Translations under genes and position numbers: made by a program
Part shown: positions 38,084 to 47,559 of the stretch, piece after piece
Numbering within the stretch: position 1 is the stretch's first letter
How the letters are laid out: every line of letters begins with the position of its first letter
Sequence record: SRR22947727_858
Direction: 5' to 3' (one strand)
DNA: 54,577 bases
The notes under the pieces: generated by a model
Told to the model about the DNA's origin: nothing
What the model saw: only the letters and a program-made list of their open reading frames with translations
The model's database searches: none

Positions 38084-38974
38084 TTGCAATTGAGCGTCAC
38101 GAAATCACAATCAGAGTATTTAATCGCCCCGCAGCAGGGCGGTAGCGGGCTCACCCGCGTGGTACGGGGCATTGATCATTTGGGAGCAGAGCAATCGCTT
38201 GAGGTTGTGGAAGAGCGGCCCTTAACCATCTTTTTGAATGCTCAGGAAATCGTGACGGCGATGACCATCGGCGATTATCCGCATTATTTGGCGTTGGGTT
38301 TTCTGCGCAATCAAGGCATGCTTTTGGCCGATGATACGGTCACTGACATCGCCTATGATGAGGATTTGGAAACTGTTGTAATACGCACTGCAAGGACCAC
38401 GAATTATGAAGAAAAGTTGCGCAAGAAAACGCGTACCAGCGGCTGCGCGGTGGGCACTGTTTTTGGCGATATGATGGAAACGCTGCAGGGGATTGAGCTG
38501 GCTAGCTCGACTTTGCACACGTCGTGGCTTTATACGTTAAGCGCGAAAATAAACCGTACGCCTTCACTTTATCTGTCGGCGGGCGCGATCCATGGCACTG
38601 TTTTATGCCATCAAGATAGACCGCTGGTGTATATGGAAGATGTGGGGCGTCATAATGCGGTGGATAAAATCGCCGGCTGGATGCTAAGCGAGTCGGTGAA
38701 AGCGGATGATAAAATCTTATACACAACAGGGCGTTTGACGTCTGAGATGGTGATCAAAACAGCCTCGATGGGCATTCCCGTTTTGGCATCGCGATCTGGC
38801 TTTACGGCTTGGGGGGTTGAGCTTGCGCAGCAAGTTGGCTTAACGCTGATCGGGCGTTTGCGCGGCAAGCGATTTATATGTTTGTCTGGCACCGAGCGGT
38901 TGATTTGGGACGCAGATCCAGAACAGGTTCGAGAAGAGCCTCAAGCGGCCAAACGCAAAGGCGGGCGATCATGA
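38084..38974 (+). CDS. fdhD: Formate dehydrogenase accessory sulfurtransferase
   Basis: E.PL, LALGFL, SGCAVG, GAIHG, EDVGRHNAVDK, TGRLTSEMV.K. Confidence 0.92.
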   Translation: MQLSVTKSQSEYLIAPQQGGSGLTRVVRGIDHLGAEQSLEVVEERPLTIFLNAQEIVTAMTIGDYPHYLALGFLRNQGMLLADDTVTDIAYDEDLETVVIRTARTTNYEEKLRKKTRTSGCAVGTVFGDMMETLQGIELASSTLHTSWLYTLSAKINRTPSLYLSAGAIHGTVLCHQDRPLVYMEDVGRHNAVDKIAGWMLSESVKADDKILYTTGRLTSEMVIKTASMGIPVLASRSGFTAWGVELAQQVGLTLIGRLRGKRFICLSGTERLIWDADPEQVREEPQAAKRKGGRS

Positions 38975-39588
38975 CCCAAGCGGTTGGAGTGATTTTGGCC
39001 GGTGGGCAAGCCCGGCGCATGGGAGGGGGCGATAAAGGCCGTTTGCTGCTTGAAAAGAAAAGTCTGTTTCAGCATGTGATCAACCGCCTCGCTCCGCAAG
39101 TAGACCGTATCGTCTTGAATGCAAATGGGAATCCAGACCGGTTTAAGGATCTGGCGCTGCCGGTTATCACGGATAATTTTGGCGATCATGCGGGGCCTTT
39201 GGCCGGGGTTTTGGCCGGGCTGGATTGGGCCCACCAGCAGGGCGCGGATCATATCGTAACGGTGGCTGCCGATACGCCGTTTTTTCCAAAAGGGTTGGTT
39301 GACGCCTTGTTTCATGCCAGCCAGGGGCAAAAGCATAAGCTGGTTTTGGCCGCCTCGCAACATGGCCAAGACAAACCTCAGCGCCATCCCACTTTTGGGC
39401 TATGGCCCGTAGCTTTAGCGGAGGATTTGCGCAAAGAATTACGTGAGGGATTGCGAAAAGTTGTGCGCTGGAGCGATCAGCATGAAGGTCGCATAGCGCT
39501 TTTTTCTGCCATGCCATTTGATCCGTTTTTCAACATCAATACGCCGCAAGATTTGCAAAAAGCGGCTGATTTTATGCAGTATAGCTAA
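38971..39588 (+). CDS. mobA: Molybdenum cofactor guanylyltransferase
   Basis: LAGGQARRMGG.DK, GPLAG, D.PF.P and FFNINTP.DL; ATG overlaps the fdhD stop (ATGA). Confidence 0.93.
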   Translation: MTQAVGVILAGGQARRMGGGDKGRLLLEKKSLFQHVINRLAPQVDRIVLNANGNPDRFKDLALPVITDNFGDHAGPLAGVLAGLDWAHQQGADHIVTVAADTPFFPKGLVDALFHASQGQKHKLVLAASQHGQDKPQRHPTFGLWPVALAEDLRKELREGLRKVVRWSDQHEGRIALFSAMPFDPFFNINTPQDLQKAADFMQYS

Positions 39589-40079
39589 TGCGGGTTTATG
39601 GAATCACCGGGTGGAAAAATTCGGGCAAAACAGGGCTGATGGAGCGCTTGGTCGAGGAATATTGCTACCGTGGTTTGACCGTCTCAACCATCAAACATGC
39701 CCATCACAGTTTTGACGTGGATCAACCGGGGCGCGACAGCTATCGCCATCGCGCGGCCGGCGCGCAGCAAGTCCTTTTAACATCCCGTAATCGCTATGTT
39801 TTGATGCATGAGTTGCGCGGGGCGGATGAACCCAGCTTAGACGAGCTACTGAGCAAGTTGGCGCCGGTTGATCTGGTTCTGATTGAAGGGTTCAAGGGCG
39901 CTGCACATCCCAAAATAGAGGCGGTGCGCGCAGCAACAAACCAGCCGCTGCTGGCGCCGCAAAACCCAACGATCAAAGCCGTTGCCAGCGATACGCCTTT
40001 ATCGTTACAGCGGCCGGTTTTTGATCTGAACGACACTGCGGGGATTGCGGATTTTATTTTGGCAGAGGTGGGATTGTGA
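39588..40079 (+). CDS. mobB: Molybdopterin-guanine dinucleotide biosynthesis protein B
   Basis: P-loop GWKNSGKT, IKHAHH.FD.D.PG.DS and LIEGFK. Confidence 0.93.
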   Translation: MRVYGITGWKNSGKTGLMERLVEEYCYRGLTVSTIKHAHHSFDVDQPGRDSYRHRAAGAQQVLLTSRNRYVLMHELRGADEPSLDELLSKLAPVDLVLIEGFKGAAHPKIEAVRAATNQPLLAPQNPTIKAVASDTPLSLQRPVFDLNDTAGIADFILAEVGL

Positions 40080-40984
40080 GCTTTGATACGGTGATTGCTG
40101 TGGATTGGTCGGCGCGGTCTTCCTTATCGCCGCGGCGCCCTGTTGCAGATGCAATCTTTATGTGTTGCAAACATCGCGCAGAGCCGCCCGAGCATCCCCT
40201 GTATTTTCGTGGGCGCGCCTCGGCTCTGGCTTATCTTTATGATCTGTTGGAGCGGGCGTTAAGCCGGGCTGCGCGCGTTTTGATAGGGTTTGATTTTGGC
40301 TTTGGATATCCGCGTGGGTTTGCAAAAGCCCTGACCGGCTCTGACAGTGCATTGGCGGTTTGGAACTGGTTGGCTGAACGGATTGAGGATCGCCCTGATA
40401 ATTCAAATAATCGATTTCAGGTGGCTGCGGAAATCAACAATAAGTTCCCAGGTATAGGGCCGTTTTGGGGCGCGCCTGCGGGGCAAACTTACGCCGGTCT
40501 TCCGCATCGCGGCAGCCTGCGGGTTGGGCATGGCTTGCCTGATTTGCGCCTTACAGAGCAAGCCTCGGGCAGCGCGCAAAGCGCGTGGAAATTGTTCACC
40601 ACCGGTGCGGTCGGATCACAAACGTTGCTGGGGGTAAGCCATTTGGCAGGCTTGCAGCATTGGCTTGGCAAACGCGGGAGCGTTTGGCCTTTTGAAGCGC
40701 AGGCAAAGCAAGCCGCAGCCTCCGTTACATTGACGGAAATTTATCCCTCGCTGCTCTCTATCCCCTCGGCTGAAAGTTTCACCGTCGCATTTCCCGATGA
40801 ACCCTATCATGTGCTGGATGCCCGGCAAGTTTGGGCAGCTTGTAACTTTATGAGCAACGTAACCGATAGGCCCCAAAATGCGGCCTACGCCTTGTCCGAA
40901 ATGGTCGCGGATGTGCCAAAGTCGGTTCTCAAAGAAGAGGGCTGGATTTTTGGCCTTTCGGCGCAGGGTGCGATAGGATGCTAA
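40076..40984 (+). CDS. Uncharacterised protein, DUF429-like / predicted RNase H-fold
   Basis: Spaced acidic motifs VDWS, GFDF.FGYP, EIYP, LDA and EEGWI; overlaps mobB and moeA. Confidence 0.65.
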   Translation: MSFDTVIAVDWSARSSLSPRRPVADAIFMCCKHRAEPPEHPLYFRGRASALAYLYDLLERALSRAARVLIGFDFGFGYPRGFAKALTGSDSALAVWNWLAERIEDRPDNSNNRFQVAAEINNKFPGIGPFWGAPAGQTYAGLPHRGSLRVGHGLPDLRLTEQASGSAQSAWKLFTTGAVGSQTLLGVSHLAGLQHWLGKRGSVWPFEAQAKQAAASVTLTEIYPSLLSIPSAESFTVAFPDEPYHVLDARQVWAACNFMSNVTDRPQNAAYALSEMVADVPKSVLKEEGWIFGLSAQGAIGC

Positions 40985-42237
40985 GCCCACCGCCCTTGCG
41001 CAACGATTGTTTTGCCTTGCCCGAGGGTATTGATTGGATGCCTGTCCCGCTTGCCTTGGAACGGTTGAAAGACCGGATGCAATGCTGTGTTAAGGTTCAT
41101 ACCCTACCCGTCGATCAAGCGCTTGGGGCGTTTCTGGCGCAGGAGGTCAGCGCTCCAAATGCCCATCCACCACAGGCGAATGCGGCGGTGGATGGGTTTG
41201 GCTTTGATGGTCGACTGAGCCAAGAGGCTGGCGCGTTGCACATGCCTTTGGCCCAAGGCCGCGCCGCTGCAGGGCACCCGTTTGACGGCAAGCTGCCCTA
41301 TGGCGAGGCCCTGCGGGTGTTGACTGGGGCGCCACTGCCCGCTGGCGTCGACACTGTTATTCTGCAAGAAGATGTGAGCAGTGATGGCGAAAAACTTGCC
41401 TTTAACGGCCCTTTGAAACGCGGCGCCAATACGCGCAATGCAGGAGAAGACGTGACGCAAGGCACGAAGCTTTTCAGCGCTGGGCACCGTCTCGAAGTAG
41501 GTGATCTGGCCCTTTTGGCATCGGTCGGGGTGGGGCAGGTGCACGTGTTTCAGCGCTTGAAAATCGGCATTCTGTCCACCGGGGATGAGCTGCAAGAGAT
41601 CGGGCAGCCGCTTGCGCATGGTCAAATATTTGACGCCAATCGACCGATGTTATTGGCGTTGATCGACCGGCTTGGCTATCAAGCGATCGATCTAGGGCGC
41701 GCCTCAGACGATCGCGATCACTTGCGCGCTGTTTTGAACGCGGCAGCCCAAAGCTGCGATGTCATGCTCAGCACGGGCGGCGCGTCAAATGGGGATGAAG
41801 ATCATATGTCGGGGCTGTTAAATGAGGCAGATAGTCTGGCTATTTGGCGCGTTGCGGTAAAGCCAGGCCGGCCCATAGCAATGGGGGTTTGGAACGCGAT
41901 GCCAGTTTTCGGTCTGCCGGGCAATCCGGTTGCGGCTTTGGTCTGTGCCTTGATTTTTGCTTCACCCGCGCTGCGGGTGCTTGCCGGGGGGGGCTGGGTG
42001 TCACCGCAGTCTTTCCTAGTGCCGGCCGGGTTTCGCAAAACCAAAAAACCGGGTCGAGTTGAATATCTTCGGGCCCGAATCCAAGCGGGGCGGGTTGTTA
42101 TATTCCCATCCGAAGGCTCGGGGCGCGTAAGCGGTTTGAGTTGGGCGCAGGGTTTGGTCGAACTTGGCGCGGGCGCACAAGAGATTAACGCGGGCGACCC
42201 CGTGCAATATATTCCGTTTTCGAGCTTTGGCGCCTAA
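40978..42237 (+). CDS. moeA: Molybdopterin molybdotransferase
   Basis: AAVDGF, TGAPLP.G.D.V..QED, STGDEL, DAN, TGGAS.GDED, KPGRP and GLPGNP. Confidence 0.93.
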   Translation: MLSPPPLRNDCFALPEGIDWMPVPLALERLKDRMQCCVKVHTLPVDQALGAFLAQEVSAPNAHPPQANAAVDGFGFDGRLSQEAGALHMPLAQGRAAAGHPFDGKLPYGEALRVLTGAPLPAGVDTVILQEDVSSDGEKLAFNGPLKRGANTRNAGEDVTQGTKLFSAGHRLEVGDLALLASVGVGQVHVFQRLKIGILSTGDELQEIGQPLAHGQIFDANRPMLLALIDRLGYQAIDLGRASDDRDHLRAVLNAAAQSCDVMLSTGGASNGDEDHMSGLLNEADSLAIWRVAVKPGRPIAMGVWNAMPVFGLPGNPVAALVCALIFASPALRVLAGGGWVSPQSFLVPAGFRKTKKPGRVEYLRARIQAGRVVIFPSEGSGRVSGLSWAQGLVELGAGAQEINAGDPVQYIPFSSFGA

Positions 42238-42281
42238 CGCGGTTTCCGATATGTTTCAAAAAGGCAGAGCGAGCGCCAGGG

Positions 42282-43298
42282 TTATTCAAAGGTCCCTGTG
42301 ACGCTGCCCAACACCATAAACGCCCGCGCTGTGCGCGTTTGCGCGAATGCAGCCAGCTCGTCTTCGCGGGCTTGCCGCTCAAACTCCATGAATGATTTGT
42401 CAAAGATACGCAAAAAATGATGGGCGGCATCGCGAAAAATCAGATCTTCGCGCATGCGCTTTTGCGTCAGCTCTAACACCGATTCCTCTTGAATGGTTGC
42501 CAAGCCCGAAAGCGCTGGGCCGCGGGCACCTTGGGAAAACAGCCGCCAATCTTTTGTGGAACTGGGCTTGGGCGTTAAATCATCCATGTAAATGCCATCT
42601 TGACTGAGCAAGGTTAAAACATCCTCGGCGGCACGAATAAGCTGGCGCGTTGTGTGATCTCGCATGGCTTTTCTTAATGCGGTGAAGCCAAGCTTATCGG
42701 TTTCATTTTGTGGAAAATTCAACGCGCGAATGTAATCAGCCTGGGGCAAAGGAGATGGATCATTTTGCTCGGCTTTGTTGAGAGGCAGCATCGCTTGATC
42801 TTGATCGGATTTGGGGGGCTGCGACGCAGTCACGGGCACTGGGCGCAGGTCTTGCGCGCTATCGGCTGTCGCAGCCGCGTGGCGGCTGAGCTGCTCAACC
42901 GTCTCCAGCAAAGCTTGAATGCGCGTGTGTAAGAGCTCATGCGCCAAGTTGGATTGCTGAACCTGCTCTGAGAGCGCAGAAATCTGCTGACGCATAACAG
43001 CGGTGTGTTCTTCGCCCTCCCGCGTTGGTATCACAGCCTTATCCGCAATCGGGCGCGCAATATGTTTCTGCAGATCTTCTAAAAGATCCAAGACGTAAAC
43101 AAAGCCCACAACGTTTAACCCGATAAGCGCAGCGAGGCTGAGCGCGAGTCCGAAACTGATATCAGCTTCATTCTTATTTCCCCACCAAAGCGCAAAGGCA
43201 CAGAAAACGGGCAGAGCGAGGCCCAGTATAATGAGCAATCGCCGCCCTTTGTTCAGCTTCGATTGAAGCCCGTTCAGATCTTTTGGATCACGTGGCAT
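42282..43298 (-). CDS. Hypothetical membrane-anchored protein
   Basis: 338-aa ORF with two N-terminal TM helices, a coiled-coil/Pro-rich linker and a globular C-terminal domain; fills the gap between moeA and greA. Confidence 0.75.
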   Translation of the reverse strand: MPRDPKDLNGLQSKLNKGRRLLIILGLALPVFCAFALWWGNKNEADISFGLALSLAALIGLNVVGFVYVLDLLEDLQKHIARPIADKAVIPTREGEEHTAVMRQQISALSEQVQQSNLAHELLHTRIQALLETVEQLSRHAAATADSAQDLRPVPVTASQPPKSDQDQAMLPLNKAEQNDPSPLPQADYIRALNFPQNETDKLGFTALRKAMRDHTTRQLIRAAEDVLTLLSQDGIYMDDLTPKPSSTKDWRLFSQGARGPALSGLATIQEESVLELTQKRMREDLIFRDAAHHFLRIFDKSFMEFERQAREDELAAFAQTRTARAFMVLGSVTGTFE

Positions 43299-43341
43299 GC
43301 GTTATGATCTCTTGAAAAAAGGGTAACTGTCGTCGTGTCGC

Positions 43342-43812
43342 TTAAATGAATTTAACGTCGATCACTTCGTAAGATTTTCCACCGCCGGGTGTTTTTACAT
43401 CGACGCTGTCGCCTTCTTCTTTGCCGATTAAAGCCTGTGCGATGGGAGATTTGATATTCAGCAAACCATTCTCGATGCTGGCTTCATGTTCGCCTACAAT
43501 TTGCCAAGTATGTTCTTCATCTGTGTCTTCATCGATCAAAGTGACGGTGGCCCCAAACTTAATCGTGCCAGACATTTTGCTTGGGTCCAAAACCTCGGTT
43601 AAAGATAAAATACCCTCAAGCTCTTTGATCCGGCCTTCGATAAAGCTTTGTTTTTCCCGCGCAGAATGGTACTCGGCGTTTTCGGACAGATCTCCGTGTT
43701 CGCGCGCCTCTGCGATGGCTTTCACGATGGCATGTCGCTCAACCGATTTTAGCTGCTTCAATTCCGCCTCAAGCGCATCATAGCCCGCCCGGGTCATAGG
43801 TATCTTTTCCAT
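43342..43812 (-). CDS. greA: Transcription elongation factor GreA
   Basis: [26 protein letters not shown] and SPIA.ALIGK..GD; ATG at 43812. Confidence 0.95.
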   Translation of the reverse strand: MEKIPMTRAGYDALEAELKQLKSVERHAIVKAIAEAREHGDLSENAEYHSAREKQSFIEGRIKELEGILSLTEVLDPSKMSGTIKFGATVTLIDEDTDEEHTWQIVGEHEASIENGLLNIKSPIAQALIGKEEGDSVDVKTPGGGKSYEVIDVKFI

Positions 43813-44082
43813 AATCTTCTTCATCGCTTTTTTAGGTGCCGGATCGCATTGGCATTTATTCGCTGGCATGTGACCAAAGCCGCTCAGGAAATGCAAGCAA
43901 AACTATACGATACGGCGTATTATCGCCTGAGAAATCTTTCTTATTAGGCAGTTATTTCCAATGTTTTAACGGAAAGAACCGGTGCATAATGAATAATCAC
44001 TCAAAGCGCATTGACGGCGGGCTTTTGCGCGGGTTAATCGTTTTGGGTAACAATATTTCAAGGCCTGTAGCTGGAGAAGCAG

Positions 44083-45735
44083 ATGAGCGAAATCGAACGC
44101 GAAACAATGGATTATGATGTTGTGATTGTCGGTGCCGGGCCGGCAGGTTTATCGGCCGCAATCCGCTTGAAACAGCTGGACAGTGAGCTTGACGTTGTTG
44201 TGCTTGAAAAAGGCTCTGAGGTTGGCGCACATATTTTATCAGGGGCCGTTTTAGATCCTAGCGGGTTGGCCCGTTTATTTCCAGATTGGAAGGCCAGAAA
44301 TGCGCCTCTGACAGTGCCGGTAAAAGAAGATAATTTTTACGTTTTGGGCGAAGCGGGTCAAATTCGTTTGCCCAATGCGCTTATGCCGCCACTGATGAAC
44401 AATCATGGGAATTATATTGTTTCTATGGGGAATGTTTGTCGTTGGATGGCTGAGCAAGCAGAGGCGCTTGGCGTAGAGATATTTCCCGGCATGGCCTGTT
44501 CAGAGTTGGTCTATGGCGCGCAGGGTGAGTTGCGCGGCGTGGTTGCCGGTGAATTTGGTAAATCGGGCGATGGCTCGATCTCTGAGGCTTATGAGCCGGG
44601 TATGGAGCTGTTGGGCAAATATGTTTTCTTATCCGAAGGGGTGCGTGGATCGCTTTCAAAGCAGGTGATTGAAAAATACGATTTGGCAGCGGGCTGCGAT
44701 GTGCCCAAATTTGGCCTGGGCATGAAAGAAATTTGGGAAGTGGATCCCGAGCGCCATAATGAAGGCGAAGTCACGCATAGTTTGGGTTGGCCCTTGGGAT
44801 TTAAAAACTCAGGCGGGTCCTTCATTTATCATCTCGATAACAATCAAGTTTATGTGGGCTATATTGTCGATCTGAATTACAAAAACCCCTATCTTTCACC
44901 TTATATGGAATTCCAGCGCTTTAAGCATCATCCCAAAATTGCAAAATTGTTAAAAGGCGGCAAACGCATTGCTTACGGAGCCCGGGCCGTTACAAAAGGC
45001 GGTGCGCAATCTCTTCCCAAAGTCGCGTTTCCAGGTGGGGCGTTGTTGGGATGTTCTGCAGGGCTGGTTAATTTACCGCGTATCAAGGGCAACCATAACG
45101 CGATGCATTCCGGGATTGAGGCCGCCGAAGCGGCCGCGGCGGCTATGAAAGCAGGGCGCTCAGGGGATCAACTTGACGCTTATGATCATAGCTTGCGGAC
45201 GGGCGTGGTTGGCAAAGATCTGAAGAAAGTGCGCAATGTTGCGCCCCTTAATGCTCGTTTTGGTCCTTTGGGCGGCCTGTCTCTTGGCGGTTTTGACATG
45301 TGGTGGCAAACCGTTTTTGGGTTTTCTTTATTCGGCACCCTGTCGCATGGCAAAACGGATGCACAAGCCACCGAGCCCGCAGCGCAGCATGCCGAAATCA
45401 CCTATCCAAAGCCGGATGGCAAGCTCAGTTTTGATCGGCTGACCAATGTGGCGTTTTCGATGACCAACCATGAGGAAAGCCAACCGGCGCATTTGCAACT
45501 TTCGAATCCGGATCTACCGATTTCGGTGAATTTTCCGAAATTTGCGGAACCTGCGCAAAGGTATTGCCCCGCAGGCGTCTATGAGGTGGTGCAGGAAGAG
45601 GCGAAAGATCCCCGGTTTGTGATTAATTTTCAAAACTGTGTGCATTGCAAAACCTGCGATATAAAAGATCCAAGCCAGAATATAACTTGGGTCACGCCGC
45701 AGGGGGGTGATGGGCCCAACTATCCCAATATGTAA
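44083..45735 (+). CDS. Electron transfer flavoprotein-ubiquinone oxidoreductase
   Basis: GAGPAGL, EKGSEVGAHILSGA, IKG.H.AM.SG and 4Fe-4S motifs CPAGVYE / NCVHCKTCDIKDP. Confidence 0.95.
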   Translation: MSEIERETMDYDVVIVGAGPAGLSAAIRLKQLDSELDVVVLEKGSEVGAHILSGAVLDPSGLARLFPDWKARNAPLTVPVKEDNFYVLGEAGQIRLPNALMPPLMNNHGNYIVSMGNVCRWMAEQAEALGVEIFPGMACSELVYGAQGELRGVVAGEFGKSGDGSISEAYEPGMELLGKYVFLSEGVRGSLSKQVIEKYDLAAGCDVPKFGLGMKEIWEVDPERHNEGEVTHSLGWPLGFKNSGGSFIYHLDNNQVYVGYIVDLNYKNPYLSPYMEFQRFKHHPKIAKLLKGGKRIAYGARAVTKGGAQSLPKVAFPGGALLGCSAGLVNLPRIKGNHNAMHSGIEAAEAAAAAMKAGRSGDQLDAYDHSLRTGVVGKDLKKVRNVAPLNARFGPLGGLSLGGFDMWWQTVFGFSLFGTLSHGKTDAQATEPAAQHAEITYPKPDGKLSFDRLTNVAFSMTNHEESQPAHLQLSNPDLPISVNFPKFAEPAQRYCPAGVYEVVQEEAKDPRFVINFQNCVHCKTCDIKDPSQNITWVTPQGGDGPNYPNM

Positions 45736-45867
45736 GTTCAGCGCGCGCCCTTCTTGAGAATATCAACCAACGCCTTACATTTGAGTTATCAAATCTTGCA
45801 TTTTCATCAAGGCATTGCGTTGGTTGGGCACGCAGCCTAAGTTAACAAAAACGGGTAGGTTTTTATT

Positions 45868-47559
45868 GTGCGGTTCATTTTAGGTTTTGCTTGCATCGTA
45901 AGCATGTTGGGCGCGCCGTCTTTTGCAGAGGGCTTGGCCGGGTCGTATCTTGCGGGCCGTCAAGCTAGTTTAGATGGTCGGTTAGACGCGTCTGTTCAGT
46001 ATTTCTCAAAAGTTGTTGCGCAGGATAGCGCCAATATAATGGCACTTGAACAGCTGATTTTGGCGCAGGGCGCATTGGGGCGGTTTGAGCAGGCCTTACC
46101 CGCTGCTCAAGCTTTCACAAATCAAGGCGCCAATGGCCAATGGGCCAATTTGGTGGTGATTGCAAATGCTGCCAAGTCTCAAAATTATTCAGCCCTGTCT
46201 AGGCTGTTGCAAGAACAGCGGGGGATTGGGCATCCGCTTATTGATGATTTGATTGAAGCCTGGTCATTGGCCGGTAGCGGGGATTATGAAGCGGCGATCG
46301 CTAAGTTGAAAGCACTGTCTGAGCAGGATCAGGAACGCGGGCTCGCCAATTATCATTTGGCGTTGATTTATAAAGTGTCAGGCGATTATCAGGCTGCCGA
46401 TGACCGCTTTGACGCGTTATCAAAAGATGGTGCGCAAGTGACCCGCAGAGCGATTTTAATCAGGCTTGAGGCTTTGATGCAGGGCGGTCAGTTTGATCAG
46501 GCTGATACAATCTTTGCAAGGTTTTTCACCAAGCAATCTGACCCTGAGCTTGATCGGCTGAAAGCTGATATTGCGGCGAAACGGTCGCCAAAACCTTTGC
46601 TGATGAAAACGGCGGAGGATGGGCTGGCTGAGGTATTCTTTGCGGTTGCGCAAATCCTCAACCAAGAGCAAAAAGATGAATACAGCTTGTTTCACGCGCA
46701 ATTGGCTCAGTTTCTCTCTGCTAAATACACCCCGGCGGCGCTGCTCAGCGCCGAAATTTTAGTGGCTATGCGGCAATATGATCTGGCGATAGAAGCCTAT
46801 CGGGCAATTGCCCCCGCTTCCGCGCTGTTTCCATTGGCTGAACTGGGGCGCGCGGATGCATTGCGCGACAGCGGCGAGACCGAAGCGGCAATTGAGGTGT
46901 TGCGTGGATTATCACGCAGCCATGACAAATTAGTGCCGGCGCATCAGGCGCTGGGCAATTTACTGCGCAACCAAGAACGCTATGATGAAGCGGTTATGGC
47001 CTATACGGCCGCCTTGAATCTTTTGAACCCCAGCATGACAAATGCGTGGCGGCTGTTTTACGCGCGGGGCATGGCAAATGAGCGGATGGGCGATTGGCCT
47101 GCGGCAGAGCAGGATTTTCGGCAAGCGCTGGCGCTGCAGCCCGATCATCCTCAGGTTTTGAATTATCTTGGCTATTCGTTGGTGGAAAAGCGTCAAAAGC
47201 TTGATGAAGCTTTGGCAATGATCCAAACGGCGGTCGATAAGCAGCCAGAAAGCGGTTATATTGTCGATAGTTTGGGCTGGGTTTTTTATCGCCTTGGCCG
47301 CTTTGAGGAGGCCTTGCCGCATTTGGAAAAAGCGGCTGAATTGATGCCAATCGATCCGATCGTGAACGATCATCTTGGGGATGTGTTTTGGGAGGTGGGG
47401 CGCAAGCGTGAGGCCGTGTTTCAATGGCGTCGGGCTTTGTCGTTCGATCCTGAAGAGGCAGATCGAAAACGGATTCTGCGCAAGTTAGAAGTTGGGTTGG
47501 AGCGCGTTTTGGAAGAAGAGGCAGAGGCGTTGCTCTCGACGGCCAATCAAGATGGCTAA
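45868..47559 (+). CDS. Exported tetratricopeptide-repeat protein
   Basis: Signal peptide; TPRs with LNYLGY, YIVDSLGW..Y.LG and DHLGD..W..GR..EA; usual position upstream of ispE. Confidence 0.85.
   Translation: MRFILGFACIVSMLGAPSFAEGLAGSYLAGRQASLDGRLDASVQYFSKVVAQDSANIMALEQLILAQGALGRFEQALPAAQAFTNQGANGQWANLVVIANAAKSQNYSALSRLLQEQRGIGHPLIDDLIEAWSLAGSGDYEAAIAKLKALSEQDQERGLANYHLALIYKVSGDYQAADDRFDALSKDGAQVTRRAILIRLEALMQGGQFDQADTIFARFFTKQSDPELDRLKADIAAKRSPKPLLMKTAEDGLAEVFFAVAQILNQEQKDEYSLFHAQLAQFLSAKYTPAALLSAEILVAMRQYDLAIEAYRAIAPASALFPLAELGRADALRDSGETEAAIEVLRGLSRSHDKLVPAHQALGNLLRNQERYDEAVMAYTAALNLLNPSMTNAWRLFYARGMANERMGDWPAAEQDFRQALALQPDHPQVLNYLGYSLVEKRQKLDEALAMIQTAVDKQPESGYIVDSLGWVFYRLGRFEEALPHLEKAAELMPIDPIVNDHLGDVFWEVGRKREAVFQWRRALSFDPEEADRKRILRKLEVGLERVLEEEAEALLSTANQDG

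Noticed and set aside
45754..45810. FnrL boxes (TTGA...ATCAA-like repeats)
   Set aside because: Lengths are 13, 12 and 15 bp; none matches the 14-bp TTGAT-N4-ATCAA consensus
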